A stretch of 64,000 nucleotides of DNA from Alphaproteobacteria bacterium (GCA_964291285.2 OZ219787.1:1248001-1312000), one strand, 5' to 3'. Positions 42,345-53,413 are shown, counted from the stretch's first letter. Numbers and translations are program-made. The notes: generated by a model from the letters alone, not told the origin.

Positions 42345-43571
42345 ATGGAACACGACTTCCACCGAATCCGGCGCCTGCCGCCCTATCTGTTCGCCGAGGT
42401 GAACGAGATGAAGGCCCGCGCGCGCGCCGCCGGCGAGGACATTATCGATTTCGGCATGGGCAATCCCGACCGGCCGACGCCGCCTCACATCGTCGAGAAG
42501 ATGGTCGAAACGATCCGCGATCCCCGCTCTCACCGCTATTCGACCTCGCGCGGCATACCGGGGCTGCGGCGTGCGATCGCGGCCTATTACGACCGGCGCT
42601 TCGGCGTGGAGATCGACCCCGACCGGGAGGCGGTCGTCACGCTCGGCTCCAAGGAAGGGCTCGCCAATCTCGCCCAGGCGATCTCCTCGCCGGGCGATAT
42701 CGTGCTGGTGCCCAATCCGTCATACCCGATCCACCCCTACGGCTTCATCATCGCCGGCGCGTCGGCCCGGCACATCCCCGTGGGGCCGGGCCATGACTTC
42801 ATGGCCGAGCTGGAGCGCGCGGCGCGCCATTCCGTGCCGCCGCCGACTGCGCTCCTGCTGAGCTACCCGTCCAATCCGACGGCCGAGGTGGCCGATCTCG
42901 ACTTCTATGGCGAGGTGGTCGATTTCTGCCGCCGGCGCGGGATCTGGATCATCTCCGACCTCGCCTATGCGGAAATCTGGTTCGACGGGCCGCCGCCGCC
43001 TTCCGTGCTGCAGGTGCCGGGGGCCCGCGACATCGCGGTCGAGTTCACCTCGCTCTCGAAGACCTACTCCATGCCGGGATGGAGGGTCGGCTTCTGTGTA
43101 GGCAATCAGCGGCTCGTCGGCGCGCTCACGCGGGTGAAGTCCTATCTCGACTACGGCGCCTTCACCCCGATCCAGGTTGCCGCGGTGGCGGCGCTGAACG
43201 GCCCGCAGGACTGCGTGGAGGAGATCCGGGCGCTCTATCGGGAGCGGCGCGACACGCTGGTGGACGCCTTCGGGCAGGCGGGCTGGGAGGTGCCGCCGCC
43301 GCCGGCGACCATGTTCGCCTGGGCGCCGCTGCCGCCGGCGCTCGCAGGCATGGGCTCGCTGGCGTTCTCCAAGCTGCTGCTGCGCGAGGCAAAGGTGGCC
43401 GTGTCACCGGGCGTGGGCTTCGGCGAACATGGCGAGGGGTTCGTGCGCCTGGCGCTGGTGGAGAACCGGCAGCGCATCCGGCAGGCGGCGCGCGGCGTCA
43501 GGCAGTTCCTGGCGGAAGCCGAGGCTTTTGCCGGGAAGGCGGAGCGGCGCGCCGCCGCAGCCGCGCGATGA
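42345..43571 (+). CDS. class I/II PLP aminotransferase (AlaC / LL-DAP-AT-like)
   Basis: GMGNPD, PSNPT, SDLAY, SLSKTYSMPGWRVG. Confidence 0.9.
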   Translation: MEHDFHRIRRLPPYLFAEVNEMKARARAAGEDIIDFGMGNPDRPTPPHIVEKMVETIRDPRSHRYSTSRGIPGLRRAIAAYYDRRFGVEIDPDREAVVTLGSKEGLANLAQAISSPGDIVLVPNPSYPIHPYGFIIAGASARHIPVGPGHDFMAELERAARHSVPPPTALLLSYPSNPTAEVADLDFYGEVVDFCRRRGIWIISDLAYAEIWFDGPPPPSVLQVPGARDIAVEFTSLSKTYSMPGWRVGFCVGNQRLVGALTRVKSYLDYGAFTPIQVAAVAALNGPQDCVEEIRALYRERRDTLVDAFGQAGWEVPPPPATMFAWAPLPPALAGMGSLAFSKLLLREAKVAVSPGVGFGEHGEGFVRLALVENRQRIRQAARGVRQFLAEAEAFAGKAERRAAAAAR

Positions 43572-44857
43572 CGGCGCTCAGGATTGCCGTCGCCGGGCTC
43601 GGCACGGTTGGCGCCGGTCTGGTCCGGCTCGTCGAGCGCGAGGCGGACCTGCTGGAGCTCAGGGCCGGGCGCCGGATAGAGATCGTCGATGTATCGGCGC
43701 GCGAGCGCGGCCGCGACCGGGGCGTGGCGCTGGACCGCTACCGCTGGCACGACGATGCCGTCGCCATGGCGCGCGGCACCGACGCCGATGTCGTGGTCGA
43801 GCTGATCGGCGGCTCCGACGGGCCGGCCAAGGCGGTCTGCGAGGCGGCGCTCGGCGCCGGCCGGCATGTGGTCACGGCCAACAAGGCGCTGCTCGCCCAT
43901 CACGGCGCGGACCTCGCCCGCGCGGCGGAGGCGGCCGGGGCGGTGCTCTCCTGGGAAGCCGCGGTGGCGGGCGGCATCCCCGCGATCAAGGCGGTGCGCG
44001 AGGGGCTCGCCGGCAACGAAATCCAGCGCGTGATGGGCATTCTGAACGGCACCTGCAACTACATGCTTTCGGACATGCGCCGGACGGGGCGGGACTTTGC
44101 GACCGTGCTGAAGGAAGCGCAGGACCTGGGTTATGCCGAAGCCGATCCGGGCTTCGACATAGACGGCGTGGACGCGGCCCACAAGCTCGCCATCCTCGCC
44201 AGCCTCGCCTTCGGCGTGGAGGTCGGTCTGGCGGCCGTGCATGTCGAGGGCATCCGCAGCGTATCGGCGCTCGACATCGCCTTTGCCGAGGAACTGGGCT
44301 ACCGGATCAAGCTGCTCGGTATTGCGCGCCGGTCGGAGGCCGGACTGGAGCAGCGCGTCCATCCCTGCATGGTGCCAGTCGAGGCGCCGATCGCGCATGT
44401 GGACGGGGTGATCAACGCCGTCGTGGTCGAGGGCAGCCAGGTCGGCCGCACCGTGCTCGAAGGCCCCGGCGCCGGCGCGGGCCCGACCGCTTCGGCCGTC
44501 GCCGCCGACATCGTCGACATCGCGCGGGGCAACGGCACGCCGGCCTTCGGCGTGCCGGCCGCGGCGCTCCAGCCCCTGCAGGCGGCTCCGATGGACGCCC
44601 ATCGCGGCGCCTACTATATCCGCCTCATGGTGGTGGACCGGCCCCGCGTGCTCGCTTCGGTCGCCACCAGCCTCGGCGCGCACGGCATTTCCATCGAATC
44701 CGTGCTCCAGCGGGGCCGCGCGCCGGAAGAGCGTGTTCCCGTCGTGATCGTCACCCATGAGACCGAGGAGCGCGAACTGAAGGCGGCGCTTGCCGAAATC
44801 GCGCGCCAGGAGGCGGTGGCCGAGCCGCCGCTTTCGATCCGTATCGAGGCCCTGTAG
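43568..44857 (+). CDS. hom: homoserine dehydrogenase
   Basis: GLGTVG, VTANK, GILNGTCNY, AEADP, C-terminal ACT. Confidence 0.95.
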   Translation: MTALRIAVAGLGTVGAGLVRLVEREADLLELRAGRRIEIVDVSARERGRDRGVALDRYRWHDDAVAMARGTDADVVVELIGGSDGPAKAVCEAALGAGRHVVTANKALLAHHGADLARAAEAAGAVLSWEAAVAGGIPAIKAVREGLAGNEIQRVMGILNGTCNYMLSDMRRTGRDFATVLKEAQDLGYAEADPGFDIDGVDAAHKLAILASLAFGVEVGLAAVHVEGIRSVSALDIAFAEELGYRIKLLGIARRSEAGLEQRVHPCMVPVEAPIAHVDGVINAVVVEGSQVGRTVLEGPGAGAGPTASAVAADIVDIARGNGTPAFGVPAAALQPLQAAPMDAHRGAYYIRLMVVDRPRVLASVATSLGAHGISIESVLQRGRAPEERVPVVIVTHETEERELKAALAEIARQEAVAEPPLSIRIEAL

Positions 44858-44881
44858 CGAAACCGGGAGGAGGCCTGCCCG

Positions 44882-45892
44882 ATGTCAGACACACCGTCCC
44901 CAGCAGACAGCGCCAGGGCCGCCATGGACCGCAACCTCGCGCTGGAAGCGGTTCGCGTGACAGAGGCCGCCGCGCTCGCGGCATCGCGCCTGATGGGCCG
45001 CGGCGACGAGAAGGCGGCCGACCAGGCGGCGGTGGACGCCATGCGCCGGGCGCTGAACGACCTGACCATCGACGGCACCGTCGTGATCGGCGAGGGCGAG
45101 CGGGACGAGGCGCCGATGCTCTATATCGGCGAGCGGGTGGGCGCCGGGGGCCCGAAGATCGACATCGCGCTGGACCCGCTGGAAGGCACCACGATCACGG
45201 CCAAGGGCGGCTCGAATGCGCTCGCCGTCATCGCCATGGCGGAGGAGGGCGGCTTCCTGCATGCGCCGGACGTCTATATGGACAAGATCGCCGTGGGCGG
45301 GGACCTGCCGGACGGCGTGGTCGATCTCGATCGCAGCCCGGCCGACAACCTCGCAGCGCTCGCCGACGCCAAGGGCGTGGCCGTCGCCGACCTCGTGGTC
45401 TGCATTCTCGACCGGCCCCGGCACGAAGACCTGATCGGCGCGGTGCGCGATGCCGGCTCGCGCATCCAGCTCATCCAGGACGGCGACGTCTCGGGCGTCA
45501 TCGCCACATCGCGGCCGGACAGCGGCATCGACATCTATATGGGCTCGGGCGGCGCGCCGGAGGGCGTGCTGGCGGCGGCGGCGCTGCGCTGCATCGGCGG
45601 CCAGTTCCAGGGCCGGCTGCTGTTTCGCAACGACGACGAGCGCGCCCGTGCTGAGCGTATCGGCATCGAGGACCTGAACCGCAAATACGATCTGCTGGAG
45701 CTTGCCAGCGGCGATGTCATGTTCGCGGCAACGGGCGTGACCTCCGGCACCATGCTGCGCGGCGTGCGCCGATTCGCCGGCGGCGGCTACACACACTCCA
45801 TGATCATGCGTTCCAAGAGCGGCACGGTGCGGACCGTCGAGGCCTGGCATAATTTCGACCGCAAGACCGGCTTCGACGCCGTGGACAGCTGA
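44882..45892 (+). CDS. glpX: fructose-1,6-bisphosphatase class II
   Basis: VIGEGERDEAPML, DPLEGT, GGAPEG. Confidence 0.96.
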   Translation: MSDTPSPADSARAAMDRNLALEAVRVTEAAALAASRLMGRGDEKAADQAAVDAMRRALNDLTIDGTVVIGEGERDEAPMLYIGERVGAGGPKIDIALDPLEGTTITAKGGSNALAVIAMAEEGGFLHAPDVYMDKIAVGGDLPDGVVDLDRSPADNLAALADAKGVAVADLVVCILDRPRHEDLIGAVRDAGSRIQLIQDGDVSGVIATSRPDSGIDIYMGSGGAPEGVLAAAALRCIGGQFQGRLLFRNDDERARAERIGIEDLNRKYDLLELASGDVMFAATGVTSGTMLRGVRRFAGGGYTHSMIMRSKSGTVRTVEAWHNFDRKTGFDAVDS

Positions 45893-45913
45893 CTTCCATG
45901 TCCTGCCGCGGAT

Positions 45914-47686
45914 ATGGGAACTGAGCCCTTCCTCGGCGTTGCGCGCTCGCTCAGGGGGCGTGCCTGGCGCGAGCGGCCCGGCGACGCCAGGGCCGCGGCG
46001 GCGATAGCCGAGAGGGAAGGGTTGCCGGACATCGCCGCGCGGGTGCTCGCCAACCGGGGCGTGACGCCGGAGGCCGCACCCGCCTTCCTCAGGCCGCAGC
46101 TCAGGACCTCGCTTCCGGACCCGTCGGGCCTCAGGGACATGGACATGGCGGCCGAGCGGCTTGCCGACGCGGCCGAGGCCGGCGAGACCGTCGCCGTGTT
46201 CGCCGACTACGATGTGGACGGCGCGACCTCCGCTGCCCTGCTCGCCCGCTTCCTCGAGGCGACGGGCGGCAAGGCGAGCGTCCATGTGCCCGACCGCATC
46301 ACCGAGGGTTACGGCCCGAACGATGCGGCGTTCGACCGGTTCGCGGCGGAGGGACGCCGGCTCGTGCTGCTGGTCGATTGCGGCACCACGGCCTTCGGGC
46401 CGCTCGCCCATGCCGCCGGTCTCGGCCTCGAATGCGTCGTACTCGACCACCACCTGCCCGAGGCCCGCCTGCCGGAAGCGCTCGCGGTCGTAAATCCGAA
46501 CCGCATGGACGAGACGGGCGCGCTCGGCGGTCTGGCTGCGGTCGGGGTCGTCTTCCTGCTGGTCGTGGCGGCAAACCGCGCGCTCCGCCGGCGCGGCCAC
46601 TACCGGTTCCGCCCGGAGCCGGACCTGCGTGGCTGGCTCGACCTCGTGGCGCTCGGCACGGTGGCCGACGTGATGGACCTGACCGGCCTCAACCGCACTT
46701 TCGTTGCCCGCGGCCTCGAAGTGCTGGCGCGAAGAGGCAATCCCGGCATCGCGGCGCTGCTCGCCGCCGCCGGCGTCGAGCGGCGGCCGGGCGCCTACCA
46801 TCTGGGCTTCGTGCTCGGCCCCCGGATCAATGCCGGCGGGCGCGTCGGCGAGGCGGGGCTGGGGGCCCGGCTGCTCGCCACCGGCGATGCGGATGAGGCG
46901 CGCCGCATCGCGGAGGTGCTGGAGCGGCTCAACAGCGAACGCCGGCAGGTCGAGGCGGACGTCCTCGCCGCCGCGCTTGCCACCGAGCCGGAGGAAGGCG
47001 CGCCCTTCGTTCTGGCGGTCGGCGAAGGCTGGCATCCGGGAGTCGTCGGCATCGTCGCGAGCCGGCTGGTGGAGCGGTTCCGCAGGCCGGCGCTGGTCGG
47101 CGCGCTGGAGGGCGGGCGGATACGCGGCTCGGCGCGCTCTGTCCCCGGCGTCCCCATCGGCCCGGCGGTGCTCGCCGCCAGGGATGCGGGGCTGCTGGAG
47201 GCGGGCGGCGGCCACGACATGGCGGCCGGCTTCACGCTCGACGAGGCGAAGCGCGCGGCCTTCGAGGCGTTCCTTGCCGAACGGCTGGGACCGCTGGTGC
47301 CGGCGGAAGGGCATGTCCGGCCGCTCGACATCGATGCAGGCCTGTCCGTTGCGGGCGCGACGGGCGGCCTGCTGGAGCATCTGGCGGGGATCGAGCCCTT
47401 CGGCCGCGGCAATCCGGAGCCTGTCTTTGCGCTGCCGGCGGTGCGCGTGCGCTACGCCCGCATCGTCGGCAGGAACCATGTCCGCGCCGACCTTGCTGAC
47501 GCCGGCGGCGGGCGCCTCGCGGCCATCGCCTTCCGCTCGGCCGAAACGCCGCTCGGGCAGGCGCTGCTGGAGACCAACGGGCGCGCGCTGCATGTGGCCG
47601 GAACCCTCCGGGCCGACGACTGGCGTGGGAACGGCGCGGTCCAGTTCGTCGTTTCAGACGCGGCGCCGGCGGAGGCCGCTTCGTAG
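45914..47686 (+). CDS. recJ: ssDNA exonuclease RecJ
   Basis: DYDVDG, DCG, DHH, PRINA.GR, GSARS, GGH.MAAG. Confidence 0.95.
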   Translation: MGTEPFLGVARSLRGRAWRERPGDARAAAAIAEREGLPDIAARVLANRGVTPEAAPAFLRPQLRTSLPDPSGLRDMDMAAERLADAAEAGETVAVFADYDVDGATSAALLARFLEATGGKASVHVPDRITEGYGPNDAAFDRFAAEGRRLVLLVDCGTTAFGPLAHAAGLGLECVVLDHHLPEARLPEALAVVNPNRMDETGALGGLAAVGVVFLLVVAANRALRRRGHYRFRPEPDLRGWLDLVALGTVADVMDLTGLNRTFVARGLEVLARRGNPGIAALLAAAGVERRPGAYHLGFVLGPRINAGGRVGEAGLGARLLATGDADEARRIAEVLERLNSERRQVEADVLAAALATEPEEGAPFVLAVGEGWHPGVVGIVASRLVERFRRPALVGALEGGRIRGSARSVPGVPIGPAVLAARDAGLLEAGGGHDMAAGFTLDEAKRAAFEAFLAERLGPLVPAEGHVRPLDIDAGLSVAGATGGLLEHLAGIEPFGRGNPEPVFALPAVRVRYARIVGRNHVRADLADAGGGRLAAIAFRSAETPLGQALLETNGRALHVAGTLRADDWRGNGAVQFVVSDAAPAEAAS

Positions 47687-47717
47687 TGTCCCGGTTCCGC
47701 ATGCGTCTGGGGTGGTC

Positions 47718-48398
47718 ATGAACCCGGAAACAAAGATCGAGGTCTTCTCGCGGCGCAATGCCAGCAATGTGCTGCCGGTGATGTGGACAATCGGGGAGCT
47801 GGGAATTCCTTACGTCAGACATGATGTCGGGGGATCGTTCGGGGGGACCGATACCTCCGACTATCTGGCGATGAATCCGAACGGGAGGATACCGACGATC
47901 CGGGACGGGGACTTCGTTCTGTGGGAATCCAACGCCATCGTCCGCTATCTCTGCAGACGTTATGACAGGAACAATGTTCTGCTTCCGGAAACCGACGAAG
48001 GTTATGCGCTGGCGGACCAGTGGATGGACTGGCACAAGACGACCCTCTACCCGCCCTACATCGATCTTGTCTGGGCCCTCGTCAGGACCGAACCGGCGGT
48101 CCGGGACCGGGGAAAGATCGCCGATCTGCTGGCAGTCACCGAGGACGTCCTGGCCGTTCTGGAAGGGCGGCTTGGCGTATCGAGCCACGTGGTCGGGGAC
48201 CGCCTCACCATGGCGGACATCCCCTTCGGCGCCCTGGTACACCGCTATCTGAATTTGGAAATCGACCGCACACCGCTGCCGTGCATCGACGCCTGGTACC
48301 GCCGTCTGGCGGAGCGGCCGGCCTTTGCGGAGCACGTCATGTTTCCGTTCGGGCGCAATCCCGGCGAGTGGTACCGCCTGGAACGGGAGACGCCGTAG
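47718..48398 (+). CDS. glutathione S-transferase
   Basis: NPNGRIPT, LWESNAI, DQWMDW. Confidence 0.9.
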   Translation: MNPETKIEVFSRRNASNVLPVMWTIGELGIPYVRHDVGGSFGGTDTSDYLAMNPNGRIPTIRDGDFVLWESNAIVRYLCRRYDRNNVLLPETDEGYALADQWMDWHKTTLYPPYIDLVWALVRTEPAVRDRGKIADLLAVTEDVLAVLEGRLGVSSHVVGDRLTMADIPFGALVHRYLNLEIDRTPLPCIDAWYRRLAERPAFAEHVMFPFGRNPGEWYRLERETP

Positions 48399-48549
48399 CC
48401 GGCCTTGACTCCGGTTCCTTGTGCGGCGGTTAATCGCATCGGGCGGCGTTGGACGCCCTTCGGCAAGCATCCCCGGAAGACACCGGGACGGAGCGCGGTT
48501 TGGGCCCTCCGTCCGTGCCTGCCGTTCCGGGGCAAGGGGAGGAGAATCG

Positions 48550-49536
48550 ATGAACAGGATCACTGCGAGACTCGGGTTCGCCGCTTGCGCATTTCTGGCT
48601 GCGGTCGGCTTCGGACCCGCCCAGGCGGAGTTCCCGGAAAAGCCGGTCACCATCGTCGTGCCTTGGCAGGCCGGCTCGAGCCCGGACGTCGCCATGCGCA
48701 CCCTGGCCTCGCTTGCGAGCGACGACCTCGGCCAGCCCATCGTGGTGCAGAACATCGTCGGCGGGTCCGGCTCGGTCGGCACGCTGGCGGTCAGGAACGC
48801 GGCGGCGGACGGCTACACGCTGCTCAACAACTGGGTGGCGCCGCATGTCGTGGCCCGGCTTTTCAACCCGGAGATCGGCTACAACGACAAGGACTTCGCG
48901 CCGCTCTTCGGCCTGATCGCGCTGCCGTTCACGCTCGCCGTGCGCGCCGACCATCCGGCGACCGACGTGGCGAGCTTCGTCGAATGGGCGAATGCCCAGG
49001 ACCGGCCCGTAAACGTCGGCATCTGCGCCGCCCTTTCGGTGCCGCGCATGGTGATGGAGGAGTTCCTGCGTACTTCGGGGGTGAAGAACTACAAGCCCGT
49101 GCCCTTCAACGGCTGCATGCCGGACAATGTGAAGGCGCTGCTCGACGGTTCCCTTGACGCCACGACGGGCGTGCTGATCGCCGAGAAGATCTTCGGCGAC
49201 GCCATAAAGACGCTGGCGGTACTGACCGACGACCGGGTCTCCTTCGCCGACCACATCCCGACGGCGAAGGAGCAGGGCGTGGATATCGGCTGGGGCAAGA
49301 CCTCGCAGGGCTGGGCAGGCATCGTGGCGCCCGCGGGCACGCCGGAAGCCGCGCTGGAGAAGCTTCGGGCCGTGCTCGGCAAGCATGTCCGGACGCCGGC
49401 CTTCCTCGACAAGATGACGGCGCAGTTCATCCCGATCGAATATAGCGGGCCGGACGAGTTCCGGGCGCTCTGGACCCGTTCGGCGGCGCTTCTGGAGCCG
49501 GCTGTCCAGCGCCTGCTCAAGGAGAAGAAGAACTAG
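48550..49536 (+). CDS. tripartite tricarboxylate transporter binding protein (TctC/Bug)
   Basis: FPEKPVTIVVPW.AG..D, DGYTL, IPTAKEQG. Confidence 0.9.
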   Translation: MNRITARLGFAACAFLAAVGFGPAQAEFPEKPVTIVVPWQAGSSPDVAMRTLASLASDDLGQPIVVQNIVGGSGSVGTLAVRNAAADGYTLLNNWVAPHVVARLFNPEIGYNDKDFAPLFGLIALPFTLAVRADHPATDVASFVEWANAQDRPVNVGICAALSVPRMVMEEFLRTSGVKNYKPVPFNGCMPDNVKALLDGSLDATTGVLIAEKIFGDAIKTLAVLTDDRVSFADHIPTAKEQGVDIGWGKTSQGWAGIVAPAGTPEAALEKLRAVLGKHVRTPAFLDKMTAQFIPIEYSGPDEFRALWTRSAALLEPAVQRLLKEKKN

Positions 49537-49554
49537 CCGGAAACGGCCCGGCAG

Positions 49555-50103
49555 GTGCGCGAACCCGCGACCGGAACGCGGCCGGACCGGGAACGGGAAG
49601 CCGGCTGGCGGACGGACCTCGCCGCCAGCCTTGCGAGCATGGGCCTCGGCGCCTGGCTCTTCCGGGAGACCTTCTCGTTCTCCGTCACGGCGTCGGAGCG
49701 GGTCGGCGGCGGGATCGATGCCGCCGGCTATCCGCGCCTGCTGGCCGGGCTCACCGTGCTGCTCGGGCTGGCGCTTGCCGGGCGGGCGCTCTGGAAATGG
49801 CGTGCGGCGGGGCGGGCTGCCGCGCCCGGCCCGACCGGCGATGAAGCGGGGCAGGGCGGCGGGAAACTCCGGGCGGCTCTCTCCTTCGCGGTGCTGCTGC
49901 TCTACACGCTGCTGCTCGAACCGCTGGGCTTCCTGCTGGCGACTCCGGTGGCCGTCGGAGTCCTGCTGCGAATCGTCGGCGGGCGGGGTCCCGTGCATGC
50001 CGCGGTTGCGGCCGTCGCCTTCACGGTCGCGATCTTCGTCTTCTTCCGCTATGGCGTGAACATCGTGCTGCCGGAGGGGCTGCTCAGGGGGATCAGCCCC
50101 TGA
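49555..50103 (+). CDS. TctB family
   Basis: 4-5 TM, C-terminal LPEG; synteny. Confidence 0.8.
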   Translation: MREPATGTRPDREREAGWRTDLAASLASMGLGAWLFRETFSFSVTASERVGGGIDAAGYPRLLAGLTVLLGLALAGRALWKWRAAGRAAAPGPTGDEAGQGGGKLRAALSFAVLLLYTLLLEPLGFLLATPVAVGVLLRIVGGRGPVHAAVAAVAFTVAIFVFFRYGVNIVLPEGLLRGISP

Positions 50104-51590
50104 TGGCCGAACTCGGCGGGCTTCTGGCGGAGCTGGGCGGCCTTGTCGGGCTGGCGCAGGTCGGCGCGCTGCTCATCGGCCTTGTGCTCGGCATCATCGT
50201 GGGCGTGCTGCCGGGGCTGGGACCTCTGCTGGGCGTTACGCTCGCCATACCCTTCACCTTCCACATGGACCCGGTGTCCAGCATCGCGCTGCTCATCGGC
50301 TTCTACCAGGGCGGATCCTACGGGGGCGCGGTGACGGCCACCGTGCTCGGCATACCGGGCACGCCCATCGCCGCCGCAACCCTCCTCGACGCCCATCCCA
50401 TGGCGCTTGCCGGGCGTTCCTCGGAGGCGGTGACGCTGGCCACGCTCGCATCGTGGATCGGCGGGCTGATCGGCGGCACAGTCCTGCTCTTCACCTCGCC
50501 TGCGCTCGCCAAGATTGCGGTCCGCTTCGGCCCGGCGGAGACCTTCGCGCTCGCCGCGCTCGGCTTGACCGCCATCGCCAGCCTCAGCCAGGGCAGCACC
50601 TTGAAAGGCCTGCTCTCGGGCCTTTTCGGCCTGATGTGCGCCACCATCGGCACCGACCCGTTCACCGGCATCGCACGCTTCAATTTCGACCGGACGGAGT
50701 TTTCCGGCGGCCTCACATTCGTCGCACTGCTGGTCGGGCTCTTCGCGGTCTCCGAAGTGCTGATGCAGATCGAGCGGACTCTGCGCGGCTGGCAGGCGAG
50801 CGAGCGTATCGGCGTCGCCTTCTCCATGTTCAGGACGCTCGTATCGCGCTTCTTCGGCTATCTCCGGGCGAGTCTGGTCGGCGTCGGCATCGGCATCATC
50901 CCGGCCGTCGGCGGCGTCACCTCCGCCTTCCTCGCCTACAAGCTCGCGCGGGACTTCTCGAAGGAGCCGGAGCGCTTCGGCAAGGGCGCGCCGGAAGGCG
51001 TGATCGCCAGCGAGGCCGCCAACTCGGCGACGACCGGCGGCGCGCTCATCCCGATGCTGGCGCTCGGCATACCGGGCGACCCCATCGTGGCCGTGATGAT
51101 GGGCGGGCTGCTCATCCACGGCGTCACGCCCGGTCCGATGCTGTTCTTCACCAATCTCGACGTGTTGAACGGCATTTTCGCAACCTTCCTGATCGGCGCG
51201 ATGCTGTTGCTGCCGCTCGGCCTGGCGCTGCTGCCGCTGTTCGTCCGCGTGCTCCGGGTGCCGCTCGACTACATGCTCGCCGGCGTGCTGCTGCTGGCCA
51301 TATTCGGCACCTTCGCGGTGCAGCGGCAGACGCTCGACCTCTGGATCATGTGGCTGTTCGGGGTCGTCGGCTACGCCATGCGCAAGGCGGGCTTTCCGCT
51401 GGCGCCGCTGGTGATCGGCTTCGTGCTCGGCCCCATCGTGGAAGTAAACCTCCGGCGCGCGGCAACGCTCGCAAGTTCGGACCTCGCGGGCTATTTCCTC
51501 GGCCGGCCCATCGCGCTCGGCATATTGGTCCTTGTGCTGCTGGCACTCGCGTTCCCGCTGCTGCGGGCCTTGTGGCAGCGCAGGGCCTGA
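50103..51590 (+). CDS. TctA family permease
   Basis: GVLPGLG, IPGTP, EAAN, LGIPG, PGP. Confidence 0.92.
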   Translation: MAELGGLLAELGGLVGLAQVGALLIGLVLGIIVGVLPGLGPLLGVTLAIPFTFHMDPVSSIALLIGFYQGGSYGGAVTATVLGIPGTPIAAATLLDAHPMALAGRSSEAVTLATLASWIGGLIGGTVLLFTSPALAKIAVRFGPAETFALAALGLTAIASLSQGSTLKGLLSGLFGLMCATIGTDPFTGIARFNFDRTEFSGGLTFVALLVGLFAVSEVLMQIERTLRGWQASERIGVAFSMFRTLVSRFFGYLRASLVGVGIGIIPAVGGVTSAFLAYKLARDFSKEPERFGKGAPEGVIASEAANSATTGGALIPMLALGIPGDPIVAVMMGGLLIHGVTPGPMLFFTNLDVLNGIFATFLIGAMLLLPLGLALLPLFVRVLRVPLDYMLAGVLLLAIFGTFAVQRQTLDLWIMWLFGVVGYAMRKAGFPLAPLVIGFVLGPIVEVNLRRAATLASSDLAGYFLGRPIALGILVLVLLALAFPLLRALWQRRA

Positions 51591-51610
51591 GAATCGAAGG
51601 AGGAAGCGAC

Positions 51611-52558
51611 ATGGAATTCGGACTGGTGATGCCGCAGCACGGCGCCTTCGCCAACCGGGCGAGCCTCGAACGCATGGCCCGCGCCGGGGAGGACATGGGC
51701 TTCGCCTCCATCTGGGCGATCGACCACATCATCATTCCCCGCCCCTTCGTCGAGCGCTTCTCGGACAGGGTTTACGGGCTGTTCAGCACGCTTGGCTTCC
51801 TCGCCGGAATCACCGACCGGGTGAAGCTCGGAACGACGGTGATCGTGCTGCCCTACCGCCATCCCGTAACCCTGGCCAAGGAGATGGCGAGCGTGGACGA
51901 CCTCTCCGGCGGGCGCACGATATACGGCGTCGCCTTCGGCTGGATCAGGGAGGAATACGAGGCGCTCGATATCCCCTTCGCCCGGCGCGGCGCGAGGGCG
52001 GACGAGATGCTGCGCATCATGGACCATCTGTGGTCGGAGGGGCCGAACGGTTTCCGGGGCGAGTTCTACGAGTTCGAAGATTTCGCCTTCAACCCGCCTC
52101 CGGCGCAGAAACCGCGCCCGCCGATATGGATCGGCGGCAACAATGAGCGCGCGCTCCGGCGCGTCGTGCAGTACGGGGACGGATGGCACCCGATCACCTC
52201 GGCCCGGAGGCCGGGCTCGGTGCAGTGGACCGTGGACGACCTGCGCCGCCGGCTGAAGCTGCTCGACCGGATGGCCGAAGAGGCGGGCCGGGACCCGGCA
52301 AGCATCGCGCGCTCGCTCCATGCGACGCTCGCCTTCGACATCGACGCCACGGCCTTCCTCGGCGATGGCTACGCCTTCACCGGCAGCCGCGACGACATAC
52401 GCCGCAAGCTGGACGCGGCGCGGGACATGGGGCTGGAGCACATCACCCTCAATCCCTGGTACACGATCCCCGGCCGCATCCACGAACCGACCGTCGATAC
52501 CGCCATGGCGACGGTCGAACGCTTCGTCGAGGAGGTGATGAGCGACTACGCCGATTGA
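51611..52558 (+). CDS. LLM-class oxidoreductase
   Basis: IDHII, LSGGR, PPPAQKPRPPIWIGG, GDGW. Confidence 0.85.
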   Translation: MEFGLVMPQHGAFANRASLERMARAGEDMGFASIWAIDHIIIPRPFVERFSDRVYGLFSTLGFLAGITDRVKLGTTVIVLPYRHPVTLAKEMASVDDLSGGRTIYGVAFGWIREEYEALDIPFARRGARADEMLRIMDHLWSEGPNGFRGEFYEFEDFAFNPPPAQKPRPPIWIGGNNERALRRVVQYGDGWHPITSARRPGSVQWTVDDLRRRLKLLDRMAEEAGRDPASIARSLHATLAFDIDATAFLGDGYAFTGSRDDIRRKLDAARDMGLEHITLNPWYTIPGRIHEPTVDTAMATVERFVEEVMSDYAD

Positions 52559-52621
52559 AGCGGGAGGAAGCCGGACCGTCGAGGCCGCCGCGCCGGCGCT
52601 TCGCAACGACAGGACCGTGCC

Positions 52622-53413
52622 CTACCGGCCGGAGAAGACCGGTTTGCGCTTTTCGACGAAGGCTCTGGCGGCTTCGAGATGGTCTTCGGTGAGGCCGGAG
52701 CGGGAATGGTTGCGGGCTTCCATGTCGAGCGTCTCGGAGAGCGAGGCGGTGACGGCGCCGTTCAGGGTCTGCTTCATGTAGGCTAGCGTGATGCGCGGGC
52801 CGGCAGCGAGGCTTTCGGCAAGGCTCCGGGTCTCCGCCTCCAGCGCCTCGTCGGGAACGACCCGGTTAAGGATGCCGAGCGTCAACGCTTCCTCCGCACC
52901 GAGGCGCGCTGCCGTCATGTAGAGTTCCTTCGCCTTCGCCAGGCCCACCAGCCGGGTCAGGAACCAGGAGCCGCCGAAATCTCCCGAAAGCGCCACCTGC
53001 GCGAAGCCCGTGGTAATCAGCGCCGTCCCGCTGGCGATCCGCATGTCGCAGGCGAGCGCGATCGACAGGCTGGCCCCGGCCGCCGGGCCGCGGATCATGG
53101 CGATGACCGGCTTCGGCATCTCGTGGATGAGCCGGCTCACCTCCATCCGGCGGCGGAGCGATTGCGTGCGGCCCTCCAGCGTGTCGTCCTGGTGCGAGCC
53201 GGCGGCCATGCCCTTCACATCGCCGCCGGCGGAAAAGCCGCGCCCGGTGCCCGAAAGCACGATGCAGCCGGTCTCGCGGTCCCCGGAAAGACGCTGCATG
53301 GCCGCGAGCAGACCGTCCAGCATGTCGTCGGTCAGCGCATTCAACCGCTCCGGCCGGTTCAATGTCAGCCAGGCGACGCCGTTCTCGCGGCGCTCGAGCA
53401 GATGGCCGGACAT
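52622..53413 (-). CDS. enoyl-CoA hydratase/isomerase
   Basis: LNRPERLNAL, FSAGGD, FVEKRKP. Confidence 0.9.
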   Translation of the reverse strand: MSGHLLERRENGVAWLTLNRPERLNALTDDMLDGLLAAMQRLSGDRETGCIVLSGTGRGFSAGGDVKGMAAGSHQDDTLEGRTQSLRRRMEVSRLIHEMPKPVIAMIRGPAAGASLSIALACDMRIASGTALITTGFAQVALSGDFGGSWFLTRLVGLAKAKELYMTAARLGAEEALTLGILNRVVPDEALEAETRSLAESLAAGPRITLAYMKQTLNGAVTASLSETLDMEARNHSRSGLTEDHLEAARAFVEKRKPVFSGR